Shown in pieces: positions 34,818 through 45,236 of a stretch of 64,000 bases of DNA. This DNA is from Trypanosoma brucei (Eukaryota): the NCBI GenBank assembly GCA_000002445.1, contig CP000071.1:1440001-1504000 (forward strand), read 5' to 3'. The notes beneath the pieces were generated by a model that was given only the letters and a program-made list of their open reading frames with translations, did not search any database and was not told where the DNA came from. Within the stretch, counting starts at the first letter, position 1, and each line of letters starts with the position of its first letter. The position numbers and the translations under genes are program-made.

Positions 34818-36620
34818 ATGAGCGGAAAGGAAGTTGAAGGTGTTGTGAGTCCTGCGGACCAGCAGCAGCCAGCCGTCCCGGAGGTAACAGATATCACGCT
34901 GGAGGCCGCCCGCAAGCAGAAAATTCACAACCTGAAGTTGAAGACCGCCTGCCTTTCGAATGAGGAATATGTCCAGGACCTGCACGTATCCGAGTGGAGT
35001 GAGACGCAGAAGCAGAAGCTGCAGGCTGCACACGAGAAAGCGCATGAATTGCTTGCCTCAGTGGAGGGTGGGACGAAGTGGAGCCTGACAGAGGCGTATG
35101 ACATCAAGAAGCTGATGCGCGTCTGTGGTCTTGAGATGTCTGTGCGTGAACTGTACAAGCCGGAGGACAAGCCACAGTTCATGGAGATTGTTGCACTCAA
35201 GAAGACAATGAACGAACTGAAGCAACATCACAACAAGACTCGCACGGTGTCTTTCACCGGCATGATCGACAATGCCATCGCCAAACTGGAGAAAATCGAA
35301 GACGAACTGCGCCGGTCCCAGCTCGACGCTTCTGAGATGGCGCAAGTTCCTGTGGCTGCACTGAAGAATATTGAGGACACGATGAACGTGGCTGTTGTGC
35401 AGACGGCTCTTCTTGGGAACGAGGAGCAGATCAAAGCCCAACTTGCAGCCGTTGAGAAGGCGAACGAAATCCGTAATGTTGCCATTGCCGATGGTGAGAT
35501 GGCGATTGCTGAGGAACAGTATTACATTAAGGCGCAGCTGTTGGAGCACCTTGTGGAGCTTGTGGCCGACAAGTTTCGCATCATTGGGCAAACTGAGGAT
35601 GAGAATAAGAGCTTCAGTAAGATCCACGAGGTACAGAAGAAGTCATTTCAGGAATCTGCCTCAATCAAGGACGCGAAGCGCCGCCTTAAGCAACACTGCG
35701 AGGACGACCTACGTAACCTTCACGATGCCATCCAGAAAGCTGACTTGGAGGACGCCGAAGCCATGAAACGGTTCGCCACGCAGAAGGAGAAGTCGGAGCG
35801 GTTCATCCACGAGAACCTCGACAAACAGGACGAGGCATGGCGTCGCATTCAGGAACTGGAGCGCGTGTTGCAGCGCCTTGGGACGGAGCGTTTTGAAGAG
35901 GTGAAGCGCCGTATTGAGGAGAACGACCGCGAGGAGAAGCGTAAGGTGGAGTACCAACAGTTCCTCGATGTATGTGGCCAGCATAAAAAGCTGCTGGAAC
36001 TGTCTGTGTACAACTGCGACCTTGCGCTTCGCTGCATGGGTATGCTGGAGGAGATCGTAGCCGAGGGCTGCAGTGCCGTCAAGTCACGCCATGACAAGAC
36101 GAACGATGAGTTGTCTGACCTTCGGCTGCAGGTGCACCAGGAGTACCTGGAGGCATTCCGTCGCCTGTACAAAACTCTTGGCCAGCTTGTGTACAAGAAA
36201 GAAAAGCGCCTGGAGGAGATTGATCGCAACATCCGCACCACACACATTCAACTGGAGTTTGCCATTGAGACCTTTGACCCCAACGCGAAACTACACTCCG
36301 ACAAGAAGAAAGACCTATACAAACTTCGTGCGCAGGTGGAGGAAGAGTTGGAGATGCTGAAGGACAAGATGGCGCAGGCGTTGGAGATGTTTGGACCTAC
36401 TGAGGATGCGCTGAACCAGGCTGGTATCGATTTTGTTCACCCTGCTGAGGAGGTTGAGTCCGGCAACATGGATCGCCGCAGCAAGATGGTGGAGTACCGT
36501 GCACACCTGGCGAAGCAGGAGGAGGTGAAGATTGCCGCGGAGCGCGAGGAGCTGAAACGATCTAAGATGCTCCAGAGCCAGCAGTACCGCGGCCGCACGA
36601 TGCCGCAGATCACTCAGTAG
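34818..36620 (+). CDS. PFR2: Paraflagellar rod protein 2 (PFR2/PFR-A), copy 1
   Basis: The 600-aa product MSGKEVEGVVSPADQQQPAVPEV...QYRGRTMPQITQ is recognisable as the T. brucei 69-kDa major paraflagellar rod protein. ATG verified. Confidence 0.95.
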   Translation: MSGKEVEGVVSPADQQQPAVPEVTDITLEAARKQKIHNLKLKTACLSNEEYVQDLHVSEWSETQKQKLQAAHEKAHELLASVEGGTKWSLTEAYDIKKLMRVCGLEMSVRELYKPEDKPQFMEIVALKKTMNELKQHHNKTRTVSFTGMIDNAIAKLEKIEDELRRSQLDASEMAQVPVAALKNIEDTMNVAVVQTALLGNEEQIKAQLAAVEKANEIRNVAIADGEMAIAEEQYYIKAQLLEHLVELVADKFRIIGQTEDENKSFSKIHEVQKKSFQESASIKDAKRRLKQHCEDDLRNLHDAIQKADLEDAEAMKRFATQKEKSERFIHENLDKQDEAWRRIQELERVLQRLGTERFEEVKRRIEENDREEKRKVEYQQFLDVCGQHKKLLELSVYNCDLALRCMGMLEEIVAEGCSAVKSRHDKTNDELSDLRLQVHQEYLEAFRRLYKTLGQLVYKKEKRLEEIDRNIRTTHIQLEFAIETFDPNAKLHSDKKKDLYKLRAQVEEELEMLKDKMAQALEMFGPTEDALNQAGIDFVHPAEEVESGNMDRRSKMVEYRAHLAKQEEVKIAAEREELKRSKMLQSQQYRGRTMPQITQ

Positions 36621-36860
36621 CGCTGCGCTTAAATGTCTTTCATTATAATCAATGTATAACCTTTATGTAGTATTTCAATCTATGCCGCTGTGTACGTGCA
36701 CTGCGGTGCCTATCCTTCGGCATTAGAGAGTCACTGTTTGTGTAGATCGTAGCTGCATGTCTGACATCTGGTTCATTAGTGCCGTTTTGAGTCTGCACTG
36801 TTGTGCAACTTGATATGCATCACTGCACACCAACCGTGTGTTTCCTCCTTTGGGTGCACC

Positions 36861-36907
36861 CTTTAATCCTTGTCTTCTCCTTTTTTGTCTCTTTCCCCCT
36901 CGAAAAG
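36861..36907 (+). promoter_or_regulatory. Polypyrimidine tract plus AG dinucleotide: candidate trans-splicing acceptor region for the downstream PFR2 copy, repeated in every spacer at +2154n
   Basis: The tract ctttaatccttgtcttctccttttttgtctctttccccctc is followed by aaaag, about 65 nt upstream of the ATG. From established kinetoplastid mRNA processing, a polyY tract directs spliced-leader addition at a downstream AG and polyadenylation of the upstream mRNA. The exact acceptor AG is not determinable from sequence. Confidence 0.5.
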
Positions 36908-36971
36908 GTGTCAAACTACTGCCGCATAAACTACGGTTATCCCAAATTTAAGAGAAAGCAATAAAGCATCA

Positions 36972-38774
36972 ATGAGCGGAAAGGAAGTTGAAGGTGTTGT
37001 GAGTCCTGCGGACCAGCAGCAGCCAGCCGTCCCGGAGGTAACAGATATCACGCTGGAGGCCGCCCGCAAGCAGAAAATTCACAACCTGAAGTTGAAGACC
37101 GCCTGCCTTTCGAATGAGGAATATGTCCAGGACCTGCACGTATCCGAGTGGAGTGAGACGCAGAAGCAGAAGCTGCAGGCTGCACACGAGAAAGCGCATG
37201 AATTGCTTGCCTCAGTGGAGGGTGGGACGAAGTGGAGCCTGACAGAGGCGTATGACATCAAGAAGCTGATGCGCGTCTGTGGTCTTGAGATGTCTGTGCG
37301 TGAACTGTACAAGCCGGAGGACAAGCCACAGTTCATGGAGATTGTTGCACTCAAGAAGACAATGAACGAACTGAAGCAACATCACAACAAGACTCGCACG
37401 GTGTCTTTCACCGGCATGATCGACAATGCCATCGCCAAACTGGAGAAAATCGAAGACGAACTGCGCCGGTCCCAGCTCGACGCTTCTGAGATGGCGCAAG
37501 TTCCTGTGGCTGCACTGAAGAATATTGAGGACACGATGAACGTGGCTGTTGTGCAGACGGCTCTTCTTGGGAACGAGGAGCAGATCAAAGCCCAACTTGC
37601 AGCCGTTGAGAAGGCGAACGAAATCCGTAATGTTGCCATTGCCGATGGTGAGATGGCGATTGCTGAGGAACAGTATTACATTAAGGCGCAGCTGTTGGAG
37701 CACCTTGTGGAGCTTGTGGCCGACAAGTTTCGCATCATTGGGCAAACTGAGGATGAGAATAAGAGCTTCAGTAAGATCCACGAGGTACAGAAGAAGTCAT
37801 TTCAGGAATCTGCCTCAATCAAGGACGCGAAGCGCCGCCTTAAGCAACACTGCGAGGACGACCTACGTAACCTTCACGATGCCATCCAGAAAGCTGACTT
37901 GGAGGACGCCGAAGCCATGAAACGGTTCGCCACGCAGAAGGAGAAGTCGGAGCGGTTCATCCACGAGAACCTCGACAAACAGGACGAGGCATGGCGTCGC
38001 ATTCAGGAACTGGAGCGCGTGTTGCAGCGCCTTGGGACGGAGCGTTTTGAAGAGGTGAAGCGCCGTATTGAGGAGAACGACCGCGAGGAGAAGCGTAAGG
38101 TGGAGTACCAACAGTTCCTCGATGTATGTGGCCAGCATAAAAAGCTGCTGGAACTGTCTGTGTACAACTGCGACCTTGCGCTTCGCTGCATGGGTATGCT
38201 GGAGGAGATCGTAGCCGAGGGCTGCAGTGCCGTCAAGTCACGCCATGACAAGACGAACGATGAGTTGTCTGACCTTCGGCTGCAGGTGCACCAGGAGTAC
38301 CTGGAGGCATTCCGTCGCCTGTACAAAACTCTTGGCCAGCTTGTGTACAAGAAAGAAAAGCGCCTGGAGGAGATTGATCGCAACATCCGCACCACACACA
38401 TTCAACTGGAGTTTGCCATTGAGACCTTTGACCCCAACGCGAAACTACACTCCGACAAGAAGAAAGACCTATACAAACTTCGTGCGCAGGTGGAGGAAGA
38501 GTTGGAGATGCTGAAGGACAAGATGGCGCAGGCGTTGGAGATGTTTGGACCTACTGAGGATGCGCTGAACCAGGCTGGTATCGATTTTGTTCACCCTGCT
38601 GAGGAGGTTGAGTCCGGCAACATGGATCGCCGCAGCAAGATGGTGGAGTACCGTGCACACCTGGCGAAGCAGGAGGAGGTGAAGATTGCCGCGGAGCGCG
38701 AGGAGCTGAAACGATCTAAGATGCTCCAGAGCCAGCAGTACCGCGGCCGCACGATGCCGCAGATCACTCAGTAG
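36972..38774 (+). CDS. PFR2: Paraflagellar rod protein 2, copy 2
   Basis: Translation identical to copy 1. Confidence 0.95.
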   Translation: MSGKEVEGVVSPADQQQPAVPEVTDITLEAARKQKIHNLKLKTACLSNEEYVQDLHVSEWSETQKQKLQAAHEKAHELLASVEGGTKWSLTEAYDIKKLMRVCGLEMSVRELYKPEDKPQFMEIVALKKTMNELKQHHNKTRTVSFTGMIDNAIAKLEKIEDELRRSQLDASEMAQVPVAALKNIEDTMNVAVVQTALLGNEEQIKAQLAAVEKANEIRNVAIADGEMAIAEEQYYIKAQLLEHLVELVADKFRIIGQTEDENKSFSKIHEVQKKSFQESASIKDAKRRLKQHCEDDLRNLHDAIQKADLEDAEAMKRFATQKEKSERFIHENLDKQDEAWRRIQELERVLQRLGTERFEEVKRRIEENDREEKRKVEYQQFLDVCGQHKKLLELSVYNCDLALRCMGMLEEIVAEGCSAVKSRHDKTNDELSDLRLQVHQEYLEAFRRLYKTLGQLVYKKEKRLEEIDRNIRTTHIQLEFAIETFDPNAKLHSDKKKDLYKLRAQVEEELEMLKDKMAQALEMFGPTEDALNQAGIDFVHPAEEVESGNMDRRSKMVEYRAHLAKQEEVKIAAEREELKRSKMLQSQQYRGRTMPQITQ

Positions 38775-39125
38775 CGCTGCGCTTAAGTGTCTTTCATTAT
38801 AATCAATGTATAACCTTTATGTAGTATTTCAATCTATGCCGCTGTGTACGTGCACTGCGGTGCCTATCCTTCGGCATTAGAGAGTCACTGTTTGTGTAGA
38901 TCGTAGCTGCATGTCTGACATCTGGTTCATTAGTGCCGTTTTGAGTCTGCACTGTTGTGCAACTTGATATGCATCACTGCACACCAACCGTGTGTTTCCT
39001 CCTTTGGGTGCACCCTTTAATCCTTGTCTTCTCCTTTTTTGTCTCTTTCCCCCTCGAAAAGGTGTCAAACTACTGCCGCATAAACTACGGTTATCCCAAA
39101 TTTAAGAGAAAGCAATAAAGCATCA

Positions 39126-40928
39126 ATGAGCGGAAAGGAAGTTGAAGGTGTTGTGAGTCCTGCGGACCAGCAGCAGCCAGCCGTCCCGGAGGTAACAGAT
39201 ATCACGCTGGAGGCCGCCCGCAAGCAGAAAATTCACAACCTGAAGTTGAAGACCGCCTGCCTTTCGAATGAGGAATATGTCCAGGACCTGCACGTATCCG
39301 AGTGGAGTGAGACGCAGAAGCAGAAGCTGCAGGCTGCACACGAGAAAGCGCATGAATTGCTTGCCTCAGTGGAGGGTGGGACGAAGTGGAGCCTGACAGA
39401 GGCGTATGACATCAAGAAGCTGATGCGCGTCTGTGGTCTTGAGATGTCTGTGCGTGAACTGTACAAGCCGGAGGACAAGCCACAGTTCATGGAGATTGTT
39501 GCACTCAAGAAGACAATGAACGAACTGAAGCAACATCACAACAAGACTCGCACGGTGTCTTTCACCGGCATGATCGACAATGCCATCGCCAAACTGGAGA
39601 AAATCGAAGACGAACTGCGCCGGTCCCAGCTCGACGCTTCTGAGATGGCGCAAGTTCCTGTGGCTGCACTGAAGAATATTGAGGACACGATGAACGTGGC
39701 TGTTGTGCAGACGGCTCTTCTTGGGAACGAGGAGCAGATCAAAGCCCAACTTGCAGCCGTTGAGAAGGCGAACGAAATCCGTAATGTTGCCATTGCCGAT
39801 GGTGAGATGGCGATTGCTGAGGAACAGTATTACATTAAGGCGCAGCTGTTGGAGCACCTTGTGGAGCTTGTGGCCGACAAGTTTCGCATCATTGGGCAAA
39901 CTGAGGATGAGAATAAGAGCTTCAGTAAGATCCACGAGGTACAGAAGAAGTCATTTCAGGAATCTGCCTCAATCAAGGACGCGAAGCGCCGCCTTAAGCA
40001 ACACTGCGAGGACGACCTACGTAACCTTCACGATGCCATCCAGAAAGCTGACTTGGAGGACGCCGAAGCCATGAAACGGTTCGCCACGCAGAAGGAGAAG
40101 TCGGAGCGGTTCATCCACGAGAACCTCGACAAACAGGACGAGGCATGGCGTCGCATTCAGGAACTGGAGCGCGTGTTGCAGCGCCTTGGGACGGAGCGTT
40201 TTGAAGAGGTGAAGCGCCGTATTGAGGAGAACGACCGCGAGGAGAAGCGTAAGGTGGAGTACCAACAGTTCCTCGATGTATGTGGCCAGCATAAAAAGCT
40301 GCTGGAACTGTCTGTGTACAACTGCGACCTTGCGCTTCGCTGCATGGGTATGCTGGAGGAGATCGTAGCCGAGGGCTGCAGTGCCGTCAAGTCACGCCAT
40401 GACAAGACGAACGATGAGTTGTCTGACCTTCGGCTGCAGGTGCACCAGGAGTACCTGGAGGCATTCCGTCGCCTGTACAAAACTCTTGGCCAGCTTGTGT
40501 ACAAGAAAGAAAAGCGCCTGGAGGAGATTGATCGCAACATCCGCACCACACACATTCAACTGGAGTTTGCCATTGAGACCTTTGACCCCAACGCGAAACT
40601 ACACTCCGACAAGAAGAAAGACCTATACAAACTTCGTGCGCAGGTGGAGGAAGAGTTGGAGATGCTGAAGGACAAGATGGCGCAGGCGTTGGAGATGTTT
40701 GGACCTACTGAGGATGCGCTGAACCAGGCTGGTATCGATTTTGTTCACCCTGCTGAGGAGGTTGAGTCCGGCAACATGGATCGCCGCAGCAAGATGGTGG
40801 AGTACCGTGCACACCTGGCGAAGCAGGAGGAGGTGAAGATTGCCGCGGAGCGCGAGGAGCTGAAACGATCTAAGATGCTCCAGAGCCAGCAGTACCGCGG
40901 CCGCACGATGCCGCAGATCACTCAGTAG
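39126..40928 (+). CDS. PFR2: Paraflagellar rod protein 2, copy 3
   Basis: Translation identical to copy 1. Confidence 0.95.
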   Translation: MSGKEVEGVVSPADQQQPAVPEVTDITLEAARKQKIHNLKLKTACLSNEEYVQDLHVSEWSETQKQKLQAAHEKAHELLASVEGGTKWSLTEAYDIKKLMRVCGLEMSVRELYKPEDKPQFMEIVALKKTMNELKQHHNKTRTVSFTGMIDNAIAKLEKIEDELRRSQLDASEMAQVPVAALKNIEDTMNVAVVQTALLGNEEQIKAQLAAVEKANEIRNVAIADGEMAIAEEQYYIKAQLLEHLVELVADKFRIIGQTEDENKSFSKIHEVQKKSFQESASIKDAKRRLKQHCEDDLRNLHDAIQKADLEDAEAMKRFATQKEKSERFIHENLDKQDEAWRRIQELERVLQRLGTERFEEVKRRIEENDREEKRKVEYQQFLDVCGQHKKLLELSVYNCDLALRCMGMLEEIVAEGCSAVKSRHDKTNDELSDLRLQVHQEYLEAFRRLYKTLGQLVYKKEKRLEEIDRNIRTTHIQLEFAIETFDPNAKLHSDKKKDLYKLRAQVEEELEMLKDKMAQALEMFGPTEDALNQAGIDFVHPAEEVESGNMDRRSKMVEYRAHLAKQEEVKIAAEREELKRSKMLQSQQYRGRTMPQITQ

Positions 40929-41279
40929 CGCTGCGCTTAAGTGTCTTTCATTATAATCAATGTATAACCTTTATGTAGTATTTCAATCTATGCCGCTGTG
41001 TACGTGCACTGCGGTGCCTATCCTTCGGCATTAGAGAGTCACTGTTTGTGTAGATCGTAGCTGCATGTCTGACATCTGGTTCATTAGTGCCGTTTTGAGT
41101 CTGCACTGTTGTGCAACTTGATATGCATCACTGCACACCAACCGTGTGTTTCCTCCTTTGGGTGCACCCTTTAATCCTTGTCTTCTCCTTTTTTGTCTCT
41201 TTCCCCCTCGAAAAGGTGTCAAACTACTGCCGCATAAACTACGGTTATCCCAAATTTAAGAGAAAGCAATAAAGCATCA

Positions 41280-43082
41280 ATGAGCGGAAAGGAAGTTGAA
41301 GGTGTTGTGAGTCCTGCGGACCAGCAGCAGCCAGCCGTCCCGGAGGTAACAGATATCACGCTGGAGGCCGCCCGCAAGCAGAAAATTCACAACCTGAAGT
41401 TGAAGACCGCCTGCCTTTCGAATGAGGAATATGTCCAGGACCTGCACGTATCCGAGTGGAGTGAGACGCAGAAGCAGAAGCTGCAGGCTGCACACGAGAA
41501 AGCGCATGAATTGCTTGCCTCAGTGGAGGGTGGGACGAAGTGGAGCCTGACAGAGGCGTATGACATCAAGAAGCTGATGCGCGTCTGTGGTCTTGAGATG
41601 TCTGTGCGTGAACTGTACAAGCCGGAGGACAAGCCACAGTTCATGGAGATTGTTGCACTCAAGAAGACAATGAACGAACTGAAGCAACATCACAACAAGA
41701 CTCGCACGGTGTCTTTCACCGGCATGATCGACAATGCCATCGCCAAACTGGAGAAAATCGAAGACGAACTGCGCCGGTCCCAGCTCGACGCTTCTGAGAT
41801 GGCGCAAGTTCCTGTGGCTGCACTGAAGAATATTGAGGACACGATGAACGTGGCTGTTGTGCAGACGGCTCTTCTTGGGAACGAGGAGCAGATCAAAGCC
41901 CAACTTGCAGCCGTTGAGAAGGCGAACGAAATCCGTAATGTTGCCATTGCCGATGGTGAGATGGCGATTGCTGAGGAACAGTATTACATTAAGGCGCAGC
42001 TGTTGGAGCACCTTGTGGAGCTTGTGGCCGACAAGTTTCGCATCATTGGGCAAACTGAGGATGAGAATAAGAGCTTCAGTAAGATCCACGAGGTACAGAA
42101 GAAGTCATTTCAGGAATCTGCCTCAATCAAGGACGCGAAGCGCCGCCTTAAGCAACACTGCGAGGACGACCTACGTAACCTTCACGATGCCATCCAGAAA
42201 GCTGACTTGGAGGACGCCGAAGCCATGAAACGGTTCGCCACGCAGAAGGAGAAGTCGGAGCGGTTCATCCACGAGAACCTCGACAAACAGGACGAGGCAT
42301 GGCGTCGCATTCAGGAACTGGAGCGCGTGTTGCAGCGCCTTGGGACGGAGCGTTTTGAAGAGGTGAAGCGCCGTATTGAGGAGAACGACCGCGAGGAGAA
42401 GCGTAAGGTGGAGTACCAACAGTTCCTCGATGTATGTGGCCAGCATAAAAAGCTGCTGGAACTGTCTGTGTACAACTGCGACCTTGCGCTTCGCTGCATG
42501 GGTATGCTGGAGGAGATCGTAGCCGAGGGCTGCAGTGCCGTCAAGTCACGCCATGACAAGACGAACGATGAGTTGTCTGACCTTCGGCTGCAGGTGCACC
42601 AGGAGTACCTGGAGGCATTCCGTCGCCTGTACAAAACTCTTGGCCAGCTTGTGTACAAGAAAGAAAAGCGCCTGGAGGAGATTGATCGCAACATCCGCAC
42701 CACACACATTCAACTGGAGTTTGCCATTGAGACCTTTGACCCCAACGCGAAACTACACTCCGACAAGAAGAAAGACCTATACAAACTTCGTGCGCAGGTG
42801 GAGGAAGAGTTGGAGATGCTGAAGGACAAGATGGCGCAGGCGTTGGAGATGTTTGGACCTACTGAGGATGCGCTGAACCAGGCTGGTATCGATTTTGTTC
42901 ACCCTGCTGAGGAGGTTGAGTCCGGCAACATGGATCGCCGCAGCAAGATGGTGGAGTACCGTGCACACCTGGCGAAGCAGGAGGAGGTGAAGATTGCCGC
43001 GGAGCGCGAGGAGCTGAAACGATCTAAGATGCTCCAGAGCCAGCAGTACCGCGGCCGCACGATGCCGCAGATCACTCAGTAG
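41280..43082 (+). CDS. PFR2: Paraflagellar rod protein 2, copy 4
   Basis: Translation identical to copy 1. Confidence 0.95.
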   Translation: MSGKEVEGVVSPADQQQPAVPEVTDITLEAARKQKIHNLKLKTACLSNEEYVQDLHVSEWSETQKQKLQAAHEKAHELLASVEGGTKWSLTEAYDIKKLMRVCGLEMSVRELYKPEDKPQFMEIVALKKTMNELKQHHNKTRTVSFTGMIDNAIAKLEKIEDELRRSQLDASEMAQVPVAALKNIEDTMNVAVVQTALLGNEEQIKAQLAAVEKANEIRNVAIADGEMAIAEEQYYIKAQLLEHLVELVADKFRIIGQTEDENKSFSKIHEVQKKSFQESASIKDAKRRLKQHCEDDLRNLHDAIQKADLEDAEAMKRFATQKEKSERFIHENLDKQDEAWRRIQELERVLQRLGTERFEEVKRRIEENDREEKRKVEYQQFLDVCGQHKKLLELSVYNCDLALRCMGMLEEIVAEGCSAVKSRHDKTNDELSDLRLQVHQEYLEAFRRLYKTLGQLVYKKEKRLEEIDRNIRTTHIQLEFAIETFDPNAKLHSDKKKDLYKLRAQVEEELEMLKDKMAQALEMFGPTEDALNQAGIDFVHPAEEVESGNMDRRSKMVEYRAHLAKQEEVKIAAEREELKRSKMLQSQQYRGRTMPQITQ

Positions 43083-43433
43083 CGCTGCGCTTAAATGTCT
43101 TTCATTATAATCAATGTATAACCTTTATGTAGTATTTCAATCTATGCCGCTGTGTACGTGCACTGCGGTGCCTATCCTTCGGCATTAGAGAGTCACTGTT
43201 TGTGTAGATCGTAGCTGCATGTCTGACATCTGGTTCATTAGTGCCGTTTTGAGTCTGCACTGTTGTGCAACTTGATATGCATCACTGCACACCAACCGTG
43301 TGTTTCCTCCTTTGGGTGCACCCTTTAATCCTTGTCTTCTCCTTTTTTGTCTCTTTCCCCCTCGAAAAGGTGTCAAACTACTGCCGCATAAACTACGGTT
43401 ATCCCAAATTTAAGAGAAAGCAATAAAGCATCA

Positions 43434-45236
43434 ATGAGCGGAAAGGAAGTTGAAGGTGTTGTGAGTCCTGCGGACCAGCAGCAGCCAGCCGTCCCGGAGG
43501 TAACAGATATCACGCTGGAGGCCGCCCGCAAGCAGAAAATTCACAACCTGAAGTTGAAGACCGCCTGCCTTTCGAATGAGGAATATGTCCAGGACCTGCA
43601 CGTATCCGAGTGGAGTGAGACGCAGAAGCAGAAGCTGCAGGCTGCACACGAGAAAGCGCATGAATTGCTTGCCTCAGTGGAGGGTGGGACGAAGTGGAGC
43701 CTGACAGAGGCGTATGACATCAAGAAGCTGATGCGCGTCTGTGGTCTTGAGATGTCTGTGCGTGAACTGTACAAGCCGGAGGACAAGCCACAGTTCATGG
43801 AGATTGTTGCACTCAAGAAGACAATGAACGAACTGAAGCAACATCACAACAAGACTCGCACGGTGTCTTTCACCGGCATGATCGACAATGCCATCGCCAA
43901 ACTGGAGAAAATCGAAGACGAACTGCGCCGGTCCCAGCTCGACGCTTCTGAGATGGCGCAAGTTCCTGTGGCTGCACTGAAGAATATTGAGGACACGATG
44001 AACGTGGCTGTTGTGCAGACGGCTCTTCTTGGGAACGAGGAGCAGATCAAAGCCCAACTTGCAGCCGTTGAGAAGGCGAACGAAATCCGTAATGTTGCCA
44101 TTGCCGATGGTGAGATGGCGATTGCTGAGGAACAGTATTACATTAAGGCGCAGCTGTTGGAGCACCTTGTGGAGCTTGTGGCCGACAAGTTTCGCATCAT
44201 TGGGCAAACTGAGGATGAGAATAAGAGCTTCAGTAAGATCCACGAGGTACAGAAGAAGTCATTTCAGGAATCTGCCTCAATCAAGGACGCGAAGCGCCGC
44301 CTTAAGCAACACTGCGAGGACGACCTACGTAACCTTCACGATGCCATCCAGAAAGCTGACTTGGAGGACGCCGAAGCCATGAAACGGTTCGCCACGCAGA
44401 AGGAGAAGTCGGAGCGGTTCATCCACGAGAACCTCGACAAACAGGACGAGGCATGGCGTCGCATTCAGGAACTGGAGCGCGTGTTGCAGCGCCTTGGGAC
44501 GGAGCGTTTTGAAGAGGTGAAGCGCCGTATTGAGGAGAACGACCGCGAGGAGAAGCGTAAGGTGGAGTACCAACAGTTCCTCGATGTATGTGGCCAGCAT
44601 AAAAAGCTGCTGGAACTGTCTGTGTACAACTGCGACCTTGCGCTTCGCTGCATGGGTATGCTGGAGGAGATCGTAGCCGAGGGCTGCAGTGCCGTCAAGT
44701 CACGCCATGACAAGACGAACGATGAGTTGTCTGACCTTCGGCTGCAGGTGCACCAGGAGTACCTGGAGGCATTCCGTCGCCTGTACAAAACTCTTGGCCA
44801 GCTTGTGTACAAGAAAGAAAAGCGCCTGGAGGAGATTGATCGCAACATCCGCACCACACACATTCAACTGGAGTTTGCCATTGAGACCTTTGACCCCAAC
44901 GCGAAACTACACTCCGACAAGAAGAAAGACCTATACAAACTTCGTGCGCAGGTGGAGGAAGAGTTGGAGATGCTGAAGGACAAGATGGCGCAGGCGTTGG
45001 AGATGTTTGGACCTACTGAGGATGCGCTGAACCAGGCTGGTATCGATTTTGTTCACCCTGCTGAGGAGGTTGAGTCCGGCAACATGGATCGCCGCAGCAA
45101 GATGGTGGAGTACCGTGCACACCTGGCGAAGCAGGAGGAGGTGAAGATTGCCGCGGAGCGCGAGGAGCTGAAACGATCTAAGATGCTCCAGAGCCAGCAG
45201 TACCGCGGCCGCACGATGCCGCAGATCACTCAGTAG
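43434..45236 (+). CDS. PFR2: Paraflagellar rod protein 2, copy 5
   Basis: Translation identical to copy 1; the downstream flank differs from the inter-copy spacer. Confidence 0.95.
   Translation: MSGKEVEGVVSPADQQQPAVPEVTDITLEAARKQKIHNLKLKTACLSNEEYVQDLHVSEWSETQKQKLQAAHEKAHELLASVEGGTKWSLTEAYDIKKLMRVCGLEMSVRELYKPEDKPQFMEIVALKKTMNELKQHHNKTRTVSFTGMIDNAIAKLEKIEDELRRSQLDASEMAQVPVAALKNIEDTMNVAVVQTALLGNEEQIKAQLAAVEKANEIRNVAIADGEMAIAEEQYYIKAQLLEHLVELVADKFRIIGQTEDENKSFSKIHEVQKKSFQESASIKDAKRRLKQHCEDDLRNLHDAIQKADLEDAEAMKRFATQKEKSERFIHENLDKQDEAWRRIQELERVLQRLGTERFEEVKRRIEENDREEKRKVEYQQFLDVCGQHKKLLELSVYNCDLALRCMGMLEEIVAEGCSAVKSRHDKTNDELSDLRLQVHQEYLEAFRRLYKTLGQLVYKKEKRLEEIDRNIRTTHIQLEFAIETFDPNAKLHSDKKKDLYKLRAQVEEELEMLKDKMAQALEMFGPTEDALNQAGIDFVHPAEEVESGNMDRRSKMVEYRAHLAKQEEVKIAAEREELKRSKMLQSQQYRGRTMPQITQ

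Larger units (their letters stand above)
34798..45236 (+). repeat. PFR2: Head-to-tail tandem array of five PFR2 gene units, period 2154 bp (1803-bp CDS plus 351-bp spacer)
   Basis: CDS starts at 34818, 36972, 39126, 41280 and 43434 are spaced by exactly 2154 bp; the five 600-aa translations are identical. Identity begins about 20 nt upstream of the first ATG and ends at the last stop codon. The one spacer difference I found is at position 9 after the stop: A in units 1 and 4, G in units 2 and 3. Confidence 0.95.

Noticed and set aside
34815-45122. Recurrent minus-strand ORFs (76, 91, 189, 85, 91, 132, 63 aa) inside every PFR2 copy
   Set aside because: They are antisense to a highly expressed, conserved structural gene and are repeated only because the unit is repeated. 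Their composition is typical of GC-rich antisense frames.
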